The translations under genes were made by a program, and so were the position numbers. The notes below the pieces were generated by a model. The model did no database searches. It saw nothing but the letters and a program-made list of their open reading frames with translations, and was not told where the DNA came from. Shown here in pieces: positions 56,906 through 64,000 of a stretch of DNA of 64,000 nt. The number at the start of each line of letters is the position of its first letter. Within the stretch, counting starts at the first letter, position 1. The DNA lies in NCBI GenBank assembly GCA_964016885.1, contig OZ024745.1:21266001-21330000 (forward strand). The letters are read 5' to 3'. The DNA comes from Eledone cirrhosa (Eukaryota).

Positions 56906-56992
56906 ATATATATATATATACAGCTTACTTTGCACTAGTTTTTCTATTGTATTTTCTATTTGCATTACACCGGCTTTCCCAAAGCAATCTCA

Positions 56993-57032
<40 letters not shown>

Positions 57033-57353
57033 TTTACTCTATAGTATTTTGCTCTGATTGTTTAATTTATTAATTCTTCATTGATCCACATCGTGAATAG
57101 TTGCCAAAACACATATATACCTGTGACTTTGTTTAATTCGTGTATGTGTAAATATTTATATTTAATAATCTCCCATAAGGTTGAGATACAATTTGGGCGA
57201 TATTGGGCTGCGCTTTCTAGCAACCAACCCACTCGCCGTAAGCAACCAATCACATCCTTCCTGACTTGACCACTGCCACGTCACAGTTCTCAACCATTTT
57301 GAATTCGTGTTTGGCGGGGGCCACTTCGGAAAATAATCTGTCCTAGCGAGTTT

Positions 57354-57430
57354 GTCCCCTGATGAGCTCTAAACTCAAGATGTCCTTATTAAGATATCTC
57401 AAAATGTGAGCGAAACCCTTGGGTCGGGAT
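57354..57430 (+). ncRNA. Type I hammerhead ribozyme (single copy), canonical core
   Basis: GTCCC-CTGATGA-GCTC..38 nt..GAGC-GAAA-CCC TT GGG-TC-GGGAT. Predicted GUC cut after 57425. Confidence 0.83.
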
Positions 57431-57708
57431 TTAGTGATTTAATCCTGGTATGTATATAAGCATTTCTAACTTTAATTTTTACCTAATTATGTATGGTTGA
57501 CCGTATATTTAATTAATTTCCACGTGCTGTTGAAATGTTAGGTAAATATTCTATAGCGGTTGGACGCGAAGACGCCGCTGTGGCGTATTTATTTACTGTT
57601 TCTTTTATTCTTATAGCCTGGTCTAATTGATTTTTTGTGTGGTTAATTATGCTGATTGGGAGTAGAGAGGATGTATATATATTATCAAATAATTCTCTGG
57701 ACATGCTA

Positions 57709-57761
<53 letters not shown>

Positions 57762-57924
57762 AGTGGAAGTTGAGCAAAATGAAGCTTTGGCTGTGGGCAA
57801 GCAAAGTCGACCTACAATAGGAATGAATTAGCAAAGCTCTCTTAGAGTAATAACATACGTTTAAATAGCTTGACAAATTGAACTTTGAGGTAGGCAAAAC
57901 CCAACCACACAATACCAAAGTAAC

Positions 57925-58258
57925 AGGGTAAAGACCCCCTTCGGTCACAAAGATCATGGGATTTGCACCTAGAAGGTTTCCTTCTGAGGCTCGAGTCCGG
58001 GCAAGGTTGTTTGTGGAAGACCAGCAGTCGCCCATGTATTTCAGCCTTCCCTCTCCACGCCACCAATGTTGTCCAAAGGAAAAGAAATGGTCGAAACAGC
58101 TTGGCACAAGTGACATCCAAACTCATTTCTACAGCTGATTAAACTGGAGCAACGTGAAAAGAAAGTGTCTTGCTCAAGGACACAACGCATCACCCGGTCC
58201 GAGAATCGAACTCACAACCTTCCGTTTGCAAGCCCAATTCTCTAACCCACGAGCCTTC
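57925..58258 (-). mobile_element. SINE family B with long structured 3' body
   Basis: tRNA head and CORE-like domain at 58125-58258, followed by a GC-rich body. Confidence 0.75.
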
Positions 58259-58912
58259 ATATTCTTATATAATGGGGATATCCCAAACACAGAAAATAAC
58301 TGTAACCACAGTTTATAGTTATAAATAATAACCCTATGGAGGTAGAAACATGTTACAAAAAAATTCTCGAGTTAAAATATGGAACTCGTGGAAATGAACA
58401 GAACACATAAACGTAGATTTTATAGCGCCATTGTTCTGAAACGTTTCATTTACTACTCAGAATTATTTGCAGGCTATGTGAAGTAGCTTTAAATGAAATT
58501 TGACACCATAGTGCTGGCTCAGTGAAACCTTGAAATTACCGCCACTAGAGTCAGCCATAATAGATTTCTGAATTAAATTGGAATCGTTCACGCGAATGTA
58601 CAAGTAGTGAAGTTTCTTGCCGAAGGATAAAACAAAACAGCGGCTATCTGAGAGGATCTCATGAACCATGTTTAAGAATTCAACTACTTTAGCAGACTGC
58701 TAATTAATAAATTGCTCAAAAAGTTATAATTACTTAAACAGCTTCCAGAATTATGTTAGGACTCGAATTATATAATTGTGGAGTTCGTTCAACGAAACTG
58801 ACACCTCTCCAACCGCGTAAATATACGCCAACATCGTGTTACACTACCAAATCGGCCTTTCCTTTCGTTCTCCCCCACTTAAACTCTTCCACCTCCCCAC
58901 ATAATCACTCAT

Positions 58913-58965
<53 letters not shown>

Positions 58966-59219
58966 TATCATCATCATCATCACTACCACCACCATAACCA
59001 TCATCATCAAGAACAACAACAACAGCGCTGATTTTCTATGATAGTGTACTTAGTTAATCTCAACATGTACTGCATGAGTGACACAATACGTGTAGAGAGA
59101 AAGTAAAAAAAAGATTAATTAATGAAGCATATTGATTTCTAATTTAGGCACAAGGCCATCAAATTTGACAGTCAACATATACAGTCTCTGTTGTCCAGTC
59201 TATATGTATAAAGATATAA

Positions 59220-59322
<103 letters not shown>

Positions 59323-59536
59323 TTGATAGCTGGACGCACACAATTTAGCTGGTAAGTTTCTGTCAATTTATTTACAAAAAACAGAAATTCTTGTTTAAAA
59401 AAACACATTTTTTGTAGATTAACCCCCAATTTTGTAAATTAACCCCCAGGCCGAATTGTTAGCTGGGTGGCAATCTCATTTTTCGCCCCCACATTTGAAA
59501 AACTGTTCAAAAATGTTTAATATTTTGCCATCAACA

Positions 59537-61582
59537 ATGGCCAGCGTACAAGAAACGCTAGCGAACGTTGAGAAAGAAAAAAAAAAGAAAGAAATAGATG
59601 TTAACGTTGCTACAAGCTCTGCCTGTATCAATGTAGCGAGGAATAGTGACAACAAAGGTTTGTTTCACGAAAGTGAAATATACAATAAAAACAAAATTGA
59701 ACCACACAGTGTACAACAGCACCAAAAAACAACAGAAAATAAAACTATTGACACAACTACAAACGGAAAAACTGACAACAACAACAACACCAAAAAAATA
59801 ACTTTTACAGAAACAGTCACAAATGAAATAGATTTTAACGTTGCTTCAAGCTCTGCATGTATCGGCGTCACTATGGAAGCCAATAAGGACAACAAGGTTT
59901 CACGAAAAGGAAGTATGTAATAAAAACAAAATTGAACCACACAGTGTACAACAAACACCAAAAACAACAGGAAATAAAATAATTGACACAACAACAAACG
60001 GAAAAACTGACAACCGCAACAACAACAACAACAATAACACCAAAAAAATAACTTTTGCAGAAACAGTCATAAACAAAATTGACTACAAGGACCTTGATAT
60101 CTCCAATGCGAGACACATGCAAAGGAATTTATCATTTTCGGAGAAAACGGTAGGTTTAAGATAAACTCACCCCCAGAAATACGTCTTGAAACACTTCCAA
60201 GGACAGTTACCTTCAGAACTGTTTTAAATGAAACAAGGAAGCCGGCATTCCTCAGTCAAGGGGAAATAGAAACAACCTTGAAGGAGGTTTTGCCGGATAT
60301 AGACTTTATGCAGTGGGCCAGACAGTATGGGAGCATTTCGGTGCTCCTCAAAAGCGCAGCTCTCGCACAGAACTATTTAGTAATACCGATCAGTTCGACA
60401 AAATACACCTTTTTCCCTACTTACCTGGGAAAAAGAACCCCCAAAATCAAAATATTCAACATACCACCAAATATTAATATTTGGTGGATATTGGCAGGAA
60501 TTTTAGAGGAGGGACAGGACACCATACTCTACATCAAGAAATCAACCTGACACAAGTGGTCTGGTACAAATTTGGAGATTCTGGTTCAAATGAGGCCGGA
60601 GAGAATCTCCAAAATACCTGAAAAAGTGCTGGTAGACAACAACAGCCACATAAAGATTTCAGTTGAAGGATGGAGACCACGCTTTCGATGTAACAGTACA
60701 TCGCATCTAAAGGCCTCCTGCCCTTTACAGACACACTTTAAAAAAACAATCCCCCCAAAATACTGTTACCAACACCAACACCAAAACAACCACCACCACC
60801 ACCACCAAAACAACAACAACACACAAAACAAGCAAACACACCAAGACAAACAGCCACTTAACTAACAACAGCAGGAAAAACACAAACAACTCCCCCGAAG
60901 AACACAGTCCCACCCCATCCCTCCCCATCCAACACTACCACAAACACACACATACAAAAACACCATCACCACACAACATACCCCTACCACAAGCTGCTGA
61001 TGACGAATCATCGTCAGACGAGGCTGTTTCTTGATCCCCAAGTTAAGATGAAGGACAGCCGCGAAAATAAAAACAAAAAAAAAACAAAAAAAGAGGCAAC
61101 GCAAAGCCACAAAATATACCAATCACCAACACCAACACCAACACACAACCAACCACCGACACAAACAACAACATAAACAACAGCACAATCAAACACCCCC
61201 CTACCAGCAAAACAAGCACCCACCATAAAAAAAAACTCCCGGTCGAACAACAAACTAAAACAACACCACAAAAACACAAACAACAATACGCATACATCAA
61301 TACAAACAACAAGAATTTGATGGGGTCATCTCCAAAAACCCCAAGGTGGGGACGGAGGGTAAAACTTTCGTTACAGCAGAAACGTCTCCACACCTCAAAC
61401 AGATAACGGTTTCCATGGAAACATATAGTGAACTGAAAAGTCAATTTTCGCAGGACTTGGGCAACCCCTGTCAAAAACCCATAAACCGCGTCCTGTTGAA
61501 ATGTTTCCCCACCCCACCCAACACCCCCACCAGAACTGAAATGGAGATTGAACAACCCGATCTCCAGGAAACGAAAAGGTAA
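59537..61582 (+). pseudogene. LINE ORF1 remnants (gag-like, degenerate CCHC zinc knuckle)
   Basis: Fragmented ORFs; PKIKIFNIPP segment; GWRPRFRCNSTSHLKASC knuckle remnant at about 60670-60722; low-complexity K/T/N tail. Confidence 0.65.
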
Positions 61583-61624
61583 GTGCATCTTTTCGTCCTT
61601 TTTCGCCAACTCTTCTCCACCAAC

Positions 61625-64000
61625 ATGGCTAATTTACGAGTTGGAAGTGTGAATGTGTGTACCCTAGGGATGCCCTGGAAACAGGGCCAACTTTTAAACG
61701 ACCTTAGGTCACACGGTATGGAAGTGATAGCCATCACCGAGTCAAGGATCCACAACAGACAGCAACTAACCCCCATCTTCAATGACTTTGAGATCTACGC
61801 ATCTCTGTGTCAGCCAGGAGGTGGAGGGAGAGTGACTGTCATGTTTCGGAAAAACCTGGACCTCGAAGTACAGCAAGTACACTTGGACCGGAGGGTAGAC
61901 TGGTAGTCCTAGACGTGAACAGTGTTGGAGGTGGAGCCGCCAGACTGGTGGCCATTTATGCCCCGACTGGGCAATCGCGGCCAGACTTCTTTAAGCGTCT
62001 AGAGTCTTTTCTGGGAACGTCTCGCTCCTTGCTTTTATTGGGGGACTGGAATGGTATCCTAGACGCACGATGGGACTATGTAGGATCAGGTCCCAGTAGA
62101 GGTGGTTGCAACAGCCTCAAAAATTTAATCGGCCAATTCCAACTGGCCGATAGGTATCGACTAGATTTCCCGACTGCATCACAGTGGACGTGGACAAACC
62201 GCAGCGGGGCATCTAGATCGTATTTAGACAGGTTCTTTATTAGAGAGAGAGAGAGACAAGAAGATGTTAAGCTGTCCACAAATGCACTTGGTTGCCTATT
62301 CAAACCACAAACTAATCATCTGCATAGTCAACCGTGATAGAATACATAGACAAGGACCAGGATACTGCAAGCTGAACATGTCGTTACCGATACGTAAAGC
62401 CTACAGTGAACGGATAAGTAGATTAGTTAAGCAACAGTTGACGGGAGCCATCATCAACAACGGATAGTGGTACTCTCTCAAGAGAACAATTAGAGTAGAG
62501 TCGATAGACTTTAGCAGAGAATGAGCCTTAGAGAAAAACAAAACAAAAACAGAACTAGTAGCGAAGGTAGAGGAGGTGCTTAGGAGTGGCAACGCAGCTA
62601 GAGTGCTAGCAACGAGAACGGCACTGAACCAGTTCTTCGACGCGAAACATGAAGGCTGCGTCGTCAGAAGTAAATCACGTGCTCTAGGAAACGAGGGAGA
62701 AAAAGCTATTAGCTGGGCCAGAGTGGCAGAGGCGAAAAGTGGCAACAAGTCCACGATTCAGTCATTGAAAGACCAAAACGGACGCGTGCTACTTGACCCC
62801 AAACAGATGTGCGCGACCTTTCAGCGCCACTTTGCGCAACTGTTTGAGCAGAGTGGAGGTGCGTCGAACGGGGCAATGGACTTCGGTTTATACCTCGACG
62901 GTCTGCCGCGTCACTCGAGCATGGATACCGAGTTCTGCGAAAGACCGATCACAGCCACTGAGATACGGGACGCTCTGGACTGCTGCGGGAAATGCAAATC
63001 ACTCGGTCTAGATGGTCTACCCTATGAGTTTTACATAGGCATGCCGAACTTGTTCTCTGGCGTCCTCGAGGCCGTCTACTGCAACTGGCAGCAGAACGGG
63101 AGAATTCCCAGTTCTGTAGGCAGGAGCGTAGTAACGCTGATCTGGAAAGACGAGAACAAGGGGGACGAACTAAGCAACTTCAGGCCCATAACTCTGCTCT
63201 ACACAGAGTTAAAGATTTTGGCGAAGGTGTTGGCAACAATGTTGGCGCTTGTCGTCGAGAACCTGGTAGGGAAAGCGCAAACGTGTGCAATCCCGACCAG
63301 GTCCATACACGACAACCTCCACCTCCTGCGATAAATCATAGAGAGGGTGGGGTGTAAACCTGATTTCGGTGGGGATCTGATCAATTTAGATCAGTCTAAC
63401 GCATTCGATAGGGTCGACCATCGATACTTGGAAGCGGTTCTCAAGGCGGCCGGTTTCGGACCCGTCTTCAGAGGCTGGATCGCCGCAATGAACACCAACA
63501 TCTGCTCGACGATCAGGGTGAACGGCTACCTATCGGAGCCATTCGCAATCACGCGTTCATTCCGACAGGTATGCCCTCTCTCCTCCATTCTGTACGTGCT
63601 AACTCTGGAGCCACTACTGCGGAAGTTCGAGCTGCTGCAGGGCATCCCATTGGAACCGGGACTGCGGAAAGCGGCGTCGGCTTATGCCGACGACGTGACA
63701 TTAATGGTGTCGGAAACCTCGAAAATCGGGTCGATCGGCAACTTACTGCAGGAATACAAAAGGATCACAAGAGCAAAACTGAACCCGGACAAGTCTGTCG
63801 GTTTGCAACTCGGAACGTGGAGAGGCAAACCAATGCAGTGAGACAGCGTCGTCGGACGCTGGACGGACAGACCGGTGAAATTCCTCGGGGGTATGGTTCA
63901 GTCCGGACCTCCAGGTGGAGAAAAACTGGAACGAGGTCATAGTCAAGGTATTTGCGCTCACCCAGAAGTGGGCAGAGTGAAAACTATCCTTGAAAGGTCA
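61625..64000 (+). pseudogene. LINE ORF2 (AP-endonuclease + reverse transcriptase), disrupted
   Basis: MANLRVGSVNV..AITES, AIYAP, LLGDWN, SYLDRFFI, SNH, GYCKLN; RT motifs KSLGLDGLPYEFY, NFRPITLL, LDQSNAFDRVDH, RQVCPLS, AYADD. Frameshifts at about 61890, 62250 and 63890; stops at 62465, 62522, 63332 and 63839. Confidence 0.93.

Larger units (their letters stand above)
59400..64000 (+). mobile_element. Decayed L1/Tx1-clade non-LTR retrotransposon (continues past the window)
   Basis: Two-ORF layout with gag-like ORF1 remnants and an APE+RT ORF2. The 5' boundary is approximate. Confidence 0.9.

Overview
AT-rich, microsatellite-saturated eukaryotic non-coding DNA. The SINE families and repeat style suggest a cephalopod such as Octopus, which is inference only. 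No host protein-coding gene can be supported, and nearly all ORFs in the track are translations of simple or tandem repeats. Recognisable content: many copies of two tRNA-derived SINE families, RTE-clade LINE fragments, a mariner-type MITE, a probable non-autonomous Helitron, several minisatellites, and a decayed L1/Tx1-clade LINE (ORF1 plus APE-RT ORF2) running off the right end. The main hidden signal is about 20 complete or partial type I hammerhead ribozyme motifs from about 11 distinct families. They sit in short non-coding elements, often fold-back (palindromic), mostly inserted in (TA)n tracts, and resemble Penelope-like pLTR or retrozyme elements. They show compensatory base changes, palindromic mini stem IIIs (dimer-type), recurrent core variants (U3-A8, U4A, an extra purine after A9, U.U at the base of stem II) and a shared 3' ACTC..TATTGAGTRC hairpin motif. 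All structures were paired by eye; no folding or database search was run.
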